From assembly GCA_011390645.1 (NCBI GenBank), contig JAABRY010000010.1:1-51931 (forward strand): DNA of 51,931 nucleotides, given 5' to 3'. The DNA is from Gemmatimonadota bacterium (GTDB lineage Bacteria > Gemmatimonadota > Gemmatimonadetes > Gemmatimonadales > GWC2-71-9). Below, in pieces: positions 28,150 to 37,703 of the stretch (the first letter of the stretch is position 1; every line of letters begins with the position of its first letter). Both the position numbers and the translations under genes were made by a program. Under the pieces are notes generated by a model. It did no database searches, had not been told where the DNA came from, and worked only from the letters and a program-made list of their open reading frames with translations.

Positions 28150-29520
28150 TCAGCCCCTCCACTGGAAAGCGGGACCCGCGACCGCCAAGGCGACGCGTTC
28201 GGCGGGGGGAATCGTTCCATCGGTCAACAGCCCGGGGAGCGGGTCGTCCGATCGCAACGACACCGTGCTGGCCAGCCCTGCCAGATCCATGGCGCGGGCC
28301 CGTCCATCGCGCATCACACGATCCGCCAGCGACCGGGCAAGCTCTGCGCGGTTCATCAGGGCATCCGGGTCGGCCCACTCGCGTGTCAGGTCGCCGTACC
28401 CCTTCGGTGCACTGGGGGCCCAGGGCTGGTGCCCCAGTTGACGAAGCAGCAACCCGAACGCCGGGTTGAGTTCACGAACCCCCGTCGCGCGAAGCACCGC
28501 AACCAGCCAGTCCTGTGGCGTCCGGAACTTGCGGTGTCCTGCATCCCACGCATCCGCATGCGCCACCAGCGTGGTCGCGACCGCACGCAGGTCGCCCTCC
28601 GTCGCGCGCCAGGTGGTGACGAGCGCATCCACGACCGAGGGAGCGGGATCGTCCGCGACAAAATGTCGTGCGATTTTGGTGGCAAGAAACCGCGCGGTGG
28701 AGGGATGCCGAGCCAGATCGCGGAGCACGCGGACCCCTTCCTCTTCACCTCGCTCGGCATACCGGACGCCAAGCACTTCCTTGCTGCCTGGCTCGTGCAT
28801 TGACGGCAGGAACCGGAAACCGATCGATCCGGTGCCACGATCCAGCCTGCCCCCAAGCCCCTGCACCGTCCATCCGGTCAGGATCCGCGCGAGCTGTTCC
28901 ACATCACGCTGCGTGTAGCCGCCGTCCACACCCACCGTATGCAATTCCAGCAGTTCGCGGGCATAGTTCTCATTGAGGCCCACCGGGGCATTGCCACGAC
29001 GCCCGCGCCGACCAACCAGCGATCCGGGGCCGACCGACTGGGCGTTGTCCAGATAGGCGAGCATCGCCGGATGCTTCGCTGACGCCAGCAACAAGCCCTC
29101 AAAGGACCCAAAGACATTCGGGCGGATCGCCTCGCGTTCGTAGTGGCCAGCCAGCGCCGCCACACGGATGCTTGCAGCGCTTGAGACACAGAGGTGATTG
29201 GACCAGAACGCCACCCACCGTTCGGCAAAGGGCCGCTCCGAGGCCACGCGCGTGGTGAGCAGCGTGTTCACCTCGGCCGCGCTCAACGCCACAATTTGCC
29301 GTGCGGCCTGCTGGCGACGCGTCTGATCCTGTGATTGAATGGCGGCCACCTGGGCACGATAGGCTGCGGTGATTGCCTCAATGCTCGGGGGAGTCCCGAC
29401 GAGGCTGGGCGGCTTCCCCATCAGCTGAGCGCGTACCCAGCCCTGTGGGTCGGCGAGGGTGGCCTCCGATGGGCGTGCCCCCAAGCCGAAGCGGTTCAGT
29501 GCGACGTGACGAGCGGACAT
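28150..29520 (-). CDS. DUF1800 family protein
   Basis: FWSNH, HPAMLAYLDN, NENYARELLELHTVG; adjacent to DUF1501. Confidence 0.9.
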   Translation of the reverse strand: MSARHVALNRFGLGARPSEATLADPQGWVRAQLMGKPPSLVGTPPSIEAITAAYRAQVAAIQSQDQTRRQQAARQIVALSAAEVNTLLTTRVASERPFAERWVAFWSNHLCVSSAASIRVAALAGHYEREAIRPNVFGSFEGLLLASAKHPAMLAYLDNAQSVGPGSLVGRRGRRGNAPVGLNENYARELLELHTVGVDGGYTQRDVEQLARILTGWTVQGLGGRLDRGTGSIGFRFLPSMHEPGSKEVLGVRYAERGEEEGVRVLRDLARHPSTARFLATKIARHFVADDPAPSVVDALVTTWRATEGDLRAVATTLVAHADAWDAGHRKFRTPQDWLVAVLRATGVRELNPAFGLLLRQLGHQPWAPSAPKGYGDLTREWADPDALMNRAELARSLADRVMRDGRARAMDLAGLASTVSLRSDDPLPGLLTDGTIPPAERVALAVAGPAFQWRG

Positions 29521-29628
29521 CGAGCCATCCTTGAGAGGTGGTCGGGCAGCAGTGTTGGAGTGACGCAGTCCGGTGTCGCGACGTTAAGATGCAGTGTACC
29601 CTGTGCTTGACCCTCCGGAGGAACCCCC

Positions 29629-30909
29629 GTGCTCTCCCAACTTCGCTGGATCCTGCGTCGGACGCTGCGCCAAGCGTGGGTGCGGGTGGTCGGCTTTGCG
29701 ATTCTCGCGATCGTGGCGGTCATCGCCACGCGGTTGCTTGGCCCGTACATTCCCGAGGAGTGGGTCGATCGGATCGGGGCCGACGCGGTGGATCAACTCC
29801 TCAGCATCCTCGCCTCATCGATGCTGGCGGTGACCACCTTCTCGCTGTCCGTCGCCGTGTCGGCGTTCGCGGCCGCGTCCAGCAACGCCACGCCTCGCGC
29901 AACGCGGCTGTTGCAGGAGGATCACACCACCCAGAACGTACTGGCCACCTTTCTCGGTGCGTTCATCTTCGGTCTGGTCGGCATCATCCTGCTCAAGGCC
30001 GGCTATTTCGGCGGCGGTGGTCGCTTGGTTCTCTTCGCGGTCACCGTCGTGGTCATCGCGCTCGTCGTTGCCGCGCTGCTGCGATGGATTTCCCACCTGA
30101 TGACGTTCGGTCGCATGGGCGACACCCTCGATCGAGTCGAACGCGCCACCACGGCAGCCTTGAAGACCCGCTTGTCGTCACCGTATCTCGGCGGTCGCCC
30201 ATGGATGGGGCCACTCCCGGAGGATGTCCAGCCACTGATGCCGCTCGAGGTGGGATACGTACAGCACGTGGACATGTCGGCCTTGGACGATGTTTCCACC
30301 CGCCTGGCACTGCCGTTCCATATCCAGGCCATGCCGGGGGAGTTCGTGCACCGCGCAACGCCACTCCTGTACACGCGGCTGCAGGGCCTGCCCGAGGAGG
30401 ACGTGAAGGCGATGCGGGCAGCGTTCACCTGCGCTCACGAACGGACCTTCGATCAGGACCCACGCTTCGGCGTGAGCGTTCTTGCGGAGATCGCGTCGCG
30501 TGCCCTGTCACCTGCGGTCAACGATCCTGGGACGGCGATCAGCGTCCTGGGCCGCCTGATCAGAGTGCTCTCGCAGTGGGACACCCCGACGACCCCGGAC
30601 GTGACCTATGCCCAGCTTTTCGTGCAGCCCCTCGCCGCAGCCGACGTGATCGCTGACGGCTTCCGCCCGATCGCCCGGGACGGTGCGGGGATGGTCGAGG
30701 TGCAGTGCCGGCTGCAGGAGGCATTGACGGGACTCGCCACCAGAGCACCTGACGTGTACGGCGATGCTGCTCGGGCAATGTCGGTTGAGGCCGTCGCACG
30801 AGCCGAGCATGCGGGTATTCAATCGGAAGATCTGGAGTGCATCCGTGCGGCCGCGGATCGCCTCCCGCTCCGGGGTGTGGGCACCGTTCGCACAGGACCA
30901 GTGACATGA
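29629..30909 (+). CDS. DUF2254 family membrane protein
   Basis: SMLAVTTFSLS, TPRA, QDPRFG...EIASRALSPAVNDPGTA. Confidence 0.88.
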   Translation: MLSQLRWILRRTLRQAWVRVVGFAILAIVAVIATRLLGPYIPEEWVDRIGADAVDQLLSILASSMLAVTTFSLSVAVSAFAAASSNATPRATRLLQEDHTTQNVLATFLGAFIFGLVGIILLKAGYFGGGGRLVLFAVTVVVIALVVAALLRWISHLMTFGRMGDTLDRVERATTAALKTRLSSPYLGGRPWMGPLPEDVQPLMPLEVGYVQHVDMSALDDVSTRLALPFHIQAMPGEFVHRATPLLYTRLQGLPEEDVKAMRAAFTCAHERTFDQDPRFGVSVLAEIASRALSPAVNDPGTAISVLGRLIRVLSQWDTPTTPDVTYAQLFVQPLAAADVIADGFRPIARDGAGMVEVQCRLQEALTGLATRAPDVYGDAARAMSVEAVARAEHAGIQSEDLECIRAAADRLPLRGVGTVRTGPVT

Positions 30910-32366
30910 TGCGTTGGCCGATCGGGCTTCTGGGTGTCACCAGCCTCGCACTCCTTGCCATGCCGACGCGCGATCCTGCGATCGCGCCAGCACCGGAGGG
31001 AGGTGCCCCCTTCGCCTGGAACCGTGACACAGTGTGGCAGGCGCACGAGGCTGCCTTCGTGGCCGCCAGAGCGGCAGGCTGTGCCGATTCGGTACGGATC
31101 AGACATGACGTCACCGCGCTGCGCACGGTGGTCGACGCATTGCACGACGTGCCGGTATTCGCGTCTGCCCGCGTGCTCGACAGCGTGGAGACGCGGCTCT
31201 TCGCCGTGACGGCGGAAGTGGCGGCCTGTCCTGCCCCGCTCGCCGAGTATCTCGCGCTGCAGTTGTCGCACGCACAGATGATCAAGTGGCAGTCGCGGCG
31301 ATGGGATGTGACCGACCGCGCTGTCCGCAACCGCATCTATCGTGGCCTCGCCGGTACCCGTGCCGCGGCCGAGGAAGTGATGCTGCAGCACCCCGATCAT
31401 GTCCCGGCGCTCCAACGCATGGCCGACGAGCCCTCCGCCACGCCGAGCGCGGTGGTCCACGGGGTCAGGCTGCACTCGGGTGACATCCTCGTCTCGCGCG
31501 GGGGGTACCCCACCTCGGCCTTGATCGCGCGCGGGAATGACTACCCCGGCACCTTCTCGCATATCGGCTTGGTGCACATTGATGACACCACGGGCGCGGT
31601 GTCCGTCATCGAGGCGCACATCGAGCGCGGTGTCGCGATCACCACGGCGGAGGGATACCTCGCCGACAAGAAGCTGCGCCTGATGGTGATGCGTCCGCGC
31701 ACGGACCTGCCGCAACTGCGGGAAGATCCGATGCTACCCCATCGCGCCGCGACCGTCATTCGTGATCGCGCCCTGCGCGAGCACATCCCGTACGACTTCA
31801 CGATGGACTATCAGGATCCCTCGCGGCTCTTCTGTTCCGAGGTTGCCTCGTCAGCGTATCGCGAACACGGCCTCGAACTCTGGATGGGGATCTCGACGAT
31901 CACGCGAGACGGCCTGCGTCGCTGGCTCGGGGCGTTCGGCGTGGAGCACTTCGCCACGCAGGAGCCCTCGGATCTCGAGTATGACCCGCAGCTGGTGGTC
32001 GTGGCCGAGTGGCGCGACCCGGCCACCCTCTTCGACGATCATGTTGCCAATGCGGTGACCGATGTGATGCTCGAGGGGGCCGATCGCGGCGACGCGCTTG
32101 ACTACGCGTGGCATCACCTGCCGCTCGCCCGTGTGGCGAAGGGGGCGAGTTGGCTGGTGCAACGTGTGGGTGGCGCGGGCATGATCCCGGAGGGGATGTC
32201 CGCCCCGGCCGCACTCCGCAATCGCAGCTACCAGGATCGGCACCAGGCGTTGGCGGCTCAGGTGCGCGCATCCGCGGGCGCCTGGACCGCGGAACGCGGC
32301 TACCCACCGGCGATCTGGACCCTGGTCGCGATGGCGCGGGAGGCGGTGGCCGCCGAGACGCGGTAA
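30906..32366 (+). CDS. YiiX/YebB-like permuted NlpC/P60 cysteine hydrolase
   Basis: GDIL, SHIGLV, VIEA and PYDF...LFCSEV (His before Cys). Confidence 0.8.
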   Translation: MMRWPIGLLGVTSLALLAMPTRDPAIAPAPEGGAPFAWNRDTVWQAHEAAFVAARAAGCADSVRIRHDVTALRTVVDALHDVPVFASARVLDSVETRLFAVTAEVAACPAPLAEYLALQLSHAQMIKWQSRRWDVTDRAVRNRIYRGLAGTRAAAEEVMLQHPDHVPALQRMADEPSATPSAVVHGVRLHSGDILVSRGGYPTSALIARGNDYPGTFSHIGLVHIDDTTGAVSVIEAHIERGVAITTAEGYLADKKLRLMVMRPRTDLPQLREDPMLPHRAATVIRDRALREHIPYDFTMDYQDPSRLFCSEVASSAYREHGLELWMGISTITRDGLRRWLGAFGVEHFATQEPSDLEYDPQLVVVAEWRDPATLFDDHVANAVTDVMLEGADRGDALDYAWHHLPLARVAKGASWLVQRVGGAGMIPEGMSAPAALRNRSYQDRHQALAAQVRASAGAWTAERGYPPAIWTLVAMAREAVAAETR

Positions 32367-32395
32367 CGACTGGTGCTGCCCCAGTCGTTACCGCG
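32359..32395. terminator. Hairpin between convergent genes
   Basis: CGCGGTAACGACTGG-7 nt-CCAGTCGTTACCGCG, perfect 15-bp stem. Confidence 0.7.
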
Positions 32396-32440
32396 CAGGT
32401 CCGTGTCAGGACCACCTGTCGCGGACCGACGGCGGCAGCC

Positions 32441-34816
32441 TCAGAGCGTCGCCGTGATCCGAGCGAACACGATGCGCCCCGGCTCGGGAATCCTCCCCCC
32501 CCCAAAGGCATTGCGCGCCGTCAAGTGCATGACATAGGCCGCGTCAAGGACGTTGCGCACACCGCCCTGCAAGAGTACGGACCGGGCGCTACCGCTCCAC
32601 AACCGGTATCCCCCGACCAGATCCACGGTCGTCCACCCCGGAGTGGCCAACTCGCCGCGGGTCGTGGCCACGCGCTCCTGACGCGCGGCCACATGCAACG
32701 CCGGTTCGAGGAACCAATCTGTACCAACCGGTGCGATCCGCAGGCGGAGATCGGCCCGCACCGGGGTGACACCCAGCGCCGGTTCGTCGAGCGTGCGATC
32801 CTGCCCGTAGAGGTAGGACACCGAGCCCGACGCGGTGATGGCCTCACTCACCGGCGACGCGAGGGTGAGATCCCCCCCATGGTAGACCGCTTCGCCGTTG
32901 ATGAACCGGAAGACGGGCGGCGGACTGCCCGGCATCGCGCGCGGCAGGTCGGTGGCTGCAAGGGTGATGTAGTCATCCATCCGGCGAACAAATGCGCTCG
33001 CCCGCACCTGGAGTCGCGGGTACCGTGCCTCGACCCAAAGATCGGCCTGCGTACTCCGCTCAGGCCGAAGCGCGGGATCGCCGAGGAATTCCGCGTTGGT
33101 CTGCGCGCGCTTGGCGGCAGCCCGATCGCTGAAGCGCTCGTTCGCCTCCGCCGTCCGCACCACGGAACCGAGGCCGCCCGTGACGGTCCACCGCGGGGCC
33201 ACCGGCACGCGCAGGGTGACAGCACCGCTCCAATTGGTCTCGCTGGACGTGAAGTCGTTGCCATGTTGCGCGATGAAGAAGGGGGACGCGGTGTCGGCGT
33301 CCGCCCGCACGACATCCATGCGTGCCGCCATCGCCAACTCGGCGCGCCCCACGGCACGCGTGGCGCGTACGAAGACACCGGCATCACGGATCCAGGCCCC
33401 GCCCCAGATCAGGTCACGCCGCACCGGTGCTCCCGTGTCGCGGCGATCCACTTCACGCGACGCGTCGTGATCGGCGTGGTAGATGTCGCCACCCACCTCG
33501 ACCTCCCAGTTGGCTGGGCCAGCCATGCGTGCTGCAAAGCGGCCGCCCAAGACCTGCACCCCAGCACCCGTGCGCACATCGGTCGCGAATGGCGGCATCC
33601 GGCCAGGATCGGGCAATGCCGTGGGCTTCTCGTCGTTGTCCATCAGGTGATCCACGTCGTAGACGTAGGCCATGATATCCAGGTCGCGGAGCCGGGAGCT
33701 GCCCAACCCTGCCGGGCGGCGCAGCGACCACTCTGCCTGGAGGTGATAGGTGTTGAAGAAATCGGCGTCGAGTGGACGCCCGGGGTAGTCAATGTCCCGC
33801 TGCGCCTGATACGAGCCGAGGAAGCCCAGGGTGCCATGGTCACCGGTGCGAATCCCGACGCGACCGCGCCCTTCTGCACTGGTGAAGTCACCGGGGACAA
33901 TCGTGCCATCACCGGCGGTGTAGTCACTTCCTTGCCGATAGGCGCCGCCCAGAGCGTAGCGCACAGCACCGGTGGTCCCTACCGCACCGTCGAGGCCAAG
34001 CGCGGCCTCATAGGCCCCGATGTTGTCGTCATACCCGGTGGTGAGGCGACCACGAAGGGGAGCACTTCCGCTGGAGGGGAGTGGGAGCGTCGTCATCCGG
34101 ATCGCGCTGAGATTGCCAGCGCCCCACGTGAGGGCGTACGGCCCTGCGAGCACCTGAATCTCTTGTACGTGGGCCGGGTCCACATGGGACATCGGCGTGT
34201 CCATCCCTGCCGGACCACCGGGGAAGGTGCGCGCAGCATCCACGTAGACACCGATCTGGGTGTCGCGGAGGCCGCGCACCACCGGATCTGCGGCGGTCCC
34301 GCCACGACGCATCACGTCGGTGCCCGGCAACTCGCGCAAGATGTCGGCAGGATCATGCGGAGTGCGCGAGGCGATCTGCTCGCGATCCACGCGCAACTCG
34401 CGCACGTCATCACGGCGCGCCACGACACTGATCGTTCCGAGATCTTGCACCGAGGGGACGAGGATGACGGACACCTCGGTCGTATCGCCTGCGACGACGG
34501 TGGCCGACACCATGCCAGCGTGATAGCCGGTCGCCACGACTTCCAGCGTCACGCTCCCGGCCGGCAGCGGGCCGAGCAGGGCACGACCGGTCGCCCTGGT
34601 GAACACGACCGACCCGACGGCAACCCCGCTGACCAGCCGGGCGCGGACGCGCGCCCCGATGACCGGTGCGAGCGCGGGCTCGGAGACTGTCACCGCGAGA
34701 TGGCCGGTCGGCTGCGCCGACTGGCCTGCCAGGGGAAACGCAAACAACAACAGCAGGGCAATGCCGCGGAGCACCCGCAATGGTGCTCGGCGACTGCCGG
34801 TGATGCGATGAGTCAT
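32441..34816 (-). CDS. TonB-dependent receptor, OprC-like (putative copper/metal)
   Basis: Signal peptide, N-terminal carboxypeptidase-regulatory-like domain, plug VVRGL...IQVLAGPY, GGPAGMDTPMSH, DHLMDN, C-terminal PGR. Confidence 0.85.
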   Translation of the reverse strand: MTHRITGSRRAPLRVLRGIALLLLFAFPLAGQSAQPTGHLAVTVSEPALAPVIGARVRARLVSGVAVGSVVFTRATGRALLGPLPAGSVTLEVVATGYHAGMVSATVVAGDTTEVSVILVPSVQDLGTISVVARRDDVRELRVDREQIASRTPHDPADILRELPGTDVMRRGGTAADPVVRGLRDTQIGVYVDAARTFPGGPAGMDTPMSHVDPAHVQEIQVLAGPYALTWGAGNLSAIRMTTLPLPSSGSAPLRGRLTTGYDDNIGAYEAALGLDGAVGTTGAVRYALGGAYRQGSDYTAGDGTIVPGDFTSAEGRGRVGIRTGDHGTLGFLGSYQAQRDIDYPGRPLDADFFNTYHLQAEWSLRRPAGLGSSRLRDLDIMAYVYDVDHLMDNDEKPTALPDPGRMPPFATDVRTGAGVQVLGGRFAARMAGPANWEVEVGGDIYHADHDASREVDRRDTGAPVRRDLIWGGAWIRDAGVFVRATRAVGRAELAMAARMDVVRADADTASPFFIAQHGNDFTSSETNWSGAVTLRVPVAPRWTVTGGLGSVVRTAEANERFSDRAAAKRAQTNAEFLGDPALRPERSTQADLWVEARYPRLQVRASAFVRRMDDYITLAATDLPRAMPGSPPPVFRFINGEAVYHGGDLTLASPVSEAITASGSVSYLYGQDRTLDEPALGVTPVRADLRLRIAPVGTDWFLEPALHVAARQERVATTRGELATPGWTTVDLVGGYRLWSGSARSVLLQGGVRNVLDAAYVMHLTARNAFGGGRIPEPGRIVFARITATL

Positions 34817-34850
34817 GCCACACTCCAGACCAACGTGATCAGTCAATGAA

Positions 34851-34895
34851 CTGCCCATTCGAGCGGCATCGGTGATGCGCGGCAGAATGGGGCAG
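34851..34895 (-). promoter_or_regulatory. Stem-loop between the leader ORF and the receptor (possible attenuator)
   Basis: CTGCCCATTC/GAATGGGGCAG outer stem and GCATC/GATGC inner stem. Confidence 0.45.
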
Positions 34896-34903
34896 CAGGG
34901 GCG

Positions 34904-35299
34904 CTAGAGGAGAGCGCCTGCCGGCGGACCGATCGCGAAGGGGAGGAGGTGGGCGGTGCGGGCGAGGACCGTGTCCGACGTCGCAAGGAAGCGGGCCGGC
35001 TCACTCGCCGCGATGGTAGCGGTGATGGACGCGCAATCGCACCCTGTCCACGGCATGACGGCGACACAGCAGGCGCTGTCGAGGCAATTGCACGGTGGGG
35101 GGGTGGAGTGATCCGATTCGGGGAGCTCGCCGCCGGTGTGCCCCCGGTGTCCAGCGTGGGGGTCAGGCGCCTCACTGGACGATGCGATCTCGGGCATGGC
35201 GGTGGTGCAGCCATGGGAGACCATCGGCAGGATACCGGCCACGGCCAGCAGACACGCGAGGCTCGCAGCGCGGAGGCGACGTGACAGGTCGAACCGCAT
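34904..35299 (-). CDS. DUF2946-like Cys/His-rich leader protein (CruR/CutF-like)
   Basis: Signal-like N-terminus, HAGHRGH, CNCLDSACC, C-terminal PFAIGPP; directly upstream of the TBDR. Confidence 0.65.
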   Translation of the reverse strand: MRFDLSRRLRAASLACLLAVAGILPMVSHGCTTAMPEIASSSEAPDPHAGHRGHTGGELPESDHSTPPPCNCLDSACCVAVMPWTGCDCASITATIAASEPARFLATSDTVLARTAHLLPFAIGPPAGALL

Positions 35300-35348
35300 C
35301 AGCCAATGATAAGCGGATACCGATAGATCGACGAGGAGGCCCCTTCCG

Positions 35349-36116
35349 TCACCCTTCGTACTGGAGCACCGAGAACATCACCCCCTGCGGCGAGACAATA
35401 CCGGCCATCCGCCCGGTGCCGGGGACATCCATCGCGGGGTAGGTGACGCTGCCGCCGTGAATCGTTGCCTCGTGCACCGCGACATCCACGTCCGCCACCG
35501 TGATGTAGGTCCCCCAGTGGGGCGGGACACCAGCCATTTCGGGGGGCAGCGCCATCATCCCGGCGACCATCGCCTCACCGTTCGAGAAGACGGTGTATTC
35601 CATCTCGGGCATCGGCATCGTCTGCACGCTCCAGCCGAAGAGGTCTCGGTAGAAGGCGGCGGCGGGCGCAACGTCGGTGGTCATGCATTCGATCCAGCTC
35701 GGAACACCATGGGCCATCGGGTCGGCAACCGCACCGGTGGACGTCCCGGATTCCCAGACATCCATCTGCGCACCGGTCGGGTCCCAGACCTCGGCCATCG
35801 TCCCACTCGGGCCGATCGGTCGCGCCGGGGTGCTTCGGCCGCCGAGGGCGATGGCCTGCTCGGCGATCGCGGACGCGCTCTCCACGCGCACCATCGTCCC
35901 GATACCCGGTGGTAGGCCCGGTGGCGAGTTCGGGTGCGCGGTGTCCCAGAAGCCGCCGATGTCGTGACCGCCGACCTTGGCGATATGCCCCATCCCCGGC
36001 AGCTCCATGAACTCCCAGCTGAAAACCGTGGTGAAGAACTGCCGGGCGGCATCCGATTCAGGGGTGAGGACGTTGATCCAGCAGAAGGAGCCGATGGGAC
36101 GGGGACCGGGAGCCAT
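35349..36116 (-). CDS. VOC/glyoxalase family protein (two domains)
   Basis: FCWINVLT...FFTTVFSW and WIECMTTD...FYRDLFGW repeats. Confidence 0.9.
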   Translation of the reverse strand: MAPGPRPIGSFCWINVLTPESDAARQFFTTVFSWEFMELPGMGHIAKVGGHDIGGFWDTAHPNSPPGLPPGIGTMVRVESASAIAEQAIALGGRSTPARPIGPSGTMAEVWDPTGAQMDVWESGTSTGAVADPMAHGVPSWIECMTTDVAPAAAFYRDLFGWSVQTMPMPEMEYTVFSNGEAMVAGMMALPPEMAGVPPHWGTYITVADVDVAVHEATIHGGSVTYPAMDVPGTGRMAGIVSPQGVMFSVLQYEG

Positions 36117-36127
36117 GAACACCTCAG

Positions 36128-36156
36128 CGGTGAACGGTGAACGGTGAACGGTGAAC
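36128..36156. repeat. (CGGTGAA)4 heptamer array, single arm
   Basis: Same unit as the outer arm of copy C; lies just upstream of the VOC gene RBS. Confidence 0.85.
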
Positions 36157-36257
36157 ACACCCCACCCCAGGCGACTCTTGCAACCCTGAGGTGCCAGAAC
36201 ACCGTCTGATCTCGTAATCTTGTCAGAGAGTGAATCTACGGAAGGACTGTCACGTTC

Positions 36258-37190
36258 GTGAGGCCACCACTCCGTCCCTGCCGCCATCCGATCTGGTCCA
36301 GCATCGCTGCTGGCCTTGGGGCCGTGGTGCTGCTCGGATGCGAGGCCTCGCCGGTGATGACGACCTACGAGGGTGATGACCGCGTCGAGTCGTTCATGCA
36401 GGAGGATTTCACGCGATACTACCGCGTGGTCGTCCCGCGGCGCACGACGCTCGGCCCTGCCGCTCCGGTGGTGCTCGCCTTCCACGGCTCGAGTCAGACT
36501 GGCGATCTCCTCCGCGAGATCACCGGGCTGGACCAGGCCGCAGCGGAAGGTGGCTTCATCGTCGTCTACCTCGAGGCGGCGATGGGGGCGTGGGACATCT
36601 TCGAGGCCAACAAGTTTCTCGGCCTCGACGAGCTGGCCTACGTGCGCGAAGTGATCGATCGGGTCCATCGCGCCTACGTCACGGACACGCGCCGGGTCAT
36701 TGCGGTCGGACTTTCGAACGGTGGCGTGATGGCGCAGCAGGTGGGCTGCCGCCTCTCCGATCGCGTCGCTGGTGTGGTGTCAGTGGCGGCGTCGATGCCG
36801 CGGCTCATGAGTGAGACGTGCTTCCCCGACTTGCCGATGAGCGCCCTCTACCTGCTGGGCACAGCGGACAGCTTCTTCCCCGTCGCCGGGGGCGGCGCGC
36901 TCTTGTCGGTTGACCAGACGATGCGCATCTGGGCGCAGGCCGCGGACTGCTCCGGCCAGCGCAACCGCAGTGCACCCCAGGACAACGAGGATGACGGCAC
37001 GGTCGTCTATCGGAGTGCATGGCGGCCGTGCCGTGGCGGCACACGCGTGGAACTCGACAGCATCGTGGGGGGGGGACACGCCTGGCCAGGGGGCACGCAG
37101 CCCGCGCCACCGTGGTTCGGGCCGACCAGTCGGGAGATCTCGGTGAACGACGAGATCATCCGGTTCCTCGCGACGATCCCGCGCCGGTGA
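36258..37190 (+). CDS. PHB-depolymerase/LpqC-like esterase, probable lipoprotein
   Basis: LAFHG, GLSNGG, GTAD, GGGHAWPG; LLGC lipobox. Confidence 0.85.
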   Translation: MRPPLRPCRHPIWSSIAAGLGAVVLLGCEASPVMTTYEGDDRVESFMQEDFTRYYRVVVPRRTTLGPAAPVVLAFHGSSQTGDLLREITGLDQAAAEGGFIVVYLEAAMGAWDIFEANKFLGLDELAYVREVIDRVHRAYVTDTRRVIAVGLSNGGVMAQQVGCRLSDRVAGVVSVAASMPRLMSETCFPDLPMSALYLLGTADSFFPVAGGGALLSVDQTMRIWAQAADCSGQRNRSAPQDNEDDGTVVYRSAWRPCRGGTRVELDSIVGGGHAWPGGTQPAPPWFGPTSREISVNDEIIRFLATIPRR

Positions 37191-37212
37191 GCGTTCGCGC
37201 GAGCGACATACC

Positions 37213-37689
37213 ATGCGCACTTCCCATCGGAGGACGACGATGCCCAGGCCCCGAGGTCGCGTCACCGTATTGATCGGGGTGATCCTCGCGGCATGTGCCG
37301 GTGAGGCACCACCGCCTGCGACCACCTCGACCACGCGCACGGAGTCGTTCTGGGCCGTGGACCTCGTCCGGACGCTTCCGGGCGCACAGGACGACTACCT
37401 CGCCTCGATCAGAGCGAACTGGTCCAACGCCCGACGCATCGCCAAGGCACGCGGGACGGTGATCTCCTATCGGGCCCTCGCCACGCAGCCGGATTCTGTC
37501 AGGGGGTGGGACGTGCTCCTGATGACCGAGTACGCCGACTCGGCGTCATGGCAGGATCGTGAGGAGATCTTCCGCGCCATCTTCGAGTCACCGGAGTTCG
37601 TGGCCGTGGCCCCCGCTCGACCCTCCGATGCGATGCGCACATTCGAGGCAGGTGACGTGATGCTGCGTGAGGTGATCTCCGATCGGTAG
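37213..37689 (+). CDS. Hypothetical lipoprotein
   Basis: ILAAC lipobox; WDVLLMTEY. Start may be 37240. Confidence 0.65.
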   Translation: MRTSHRRTTMPRPRGRVTVLIGVILAACAGEAPPPATTSTTRTESFWAVDLVRTLPGAQDDYLASIRANWSNARRIAKARGTVISYRALATQPDSVRGWDVLLMTEYADSASWQDREEIFRAIFESPEFVAVAPARPSDAMRTFEAGDVMLREVISDR

Positions 37690-37703
37690 TCACCGGCGCG
37701 GGA

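Noticed and set aside
32108..34849. 913-aa plus-strand ORF
   Set aside because: Antisense shadow of the TonB-dependent receptor; Arg/Gly/His-rich with no motifs, as expected in high-GC DNA.
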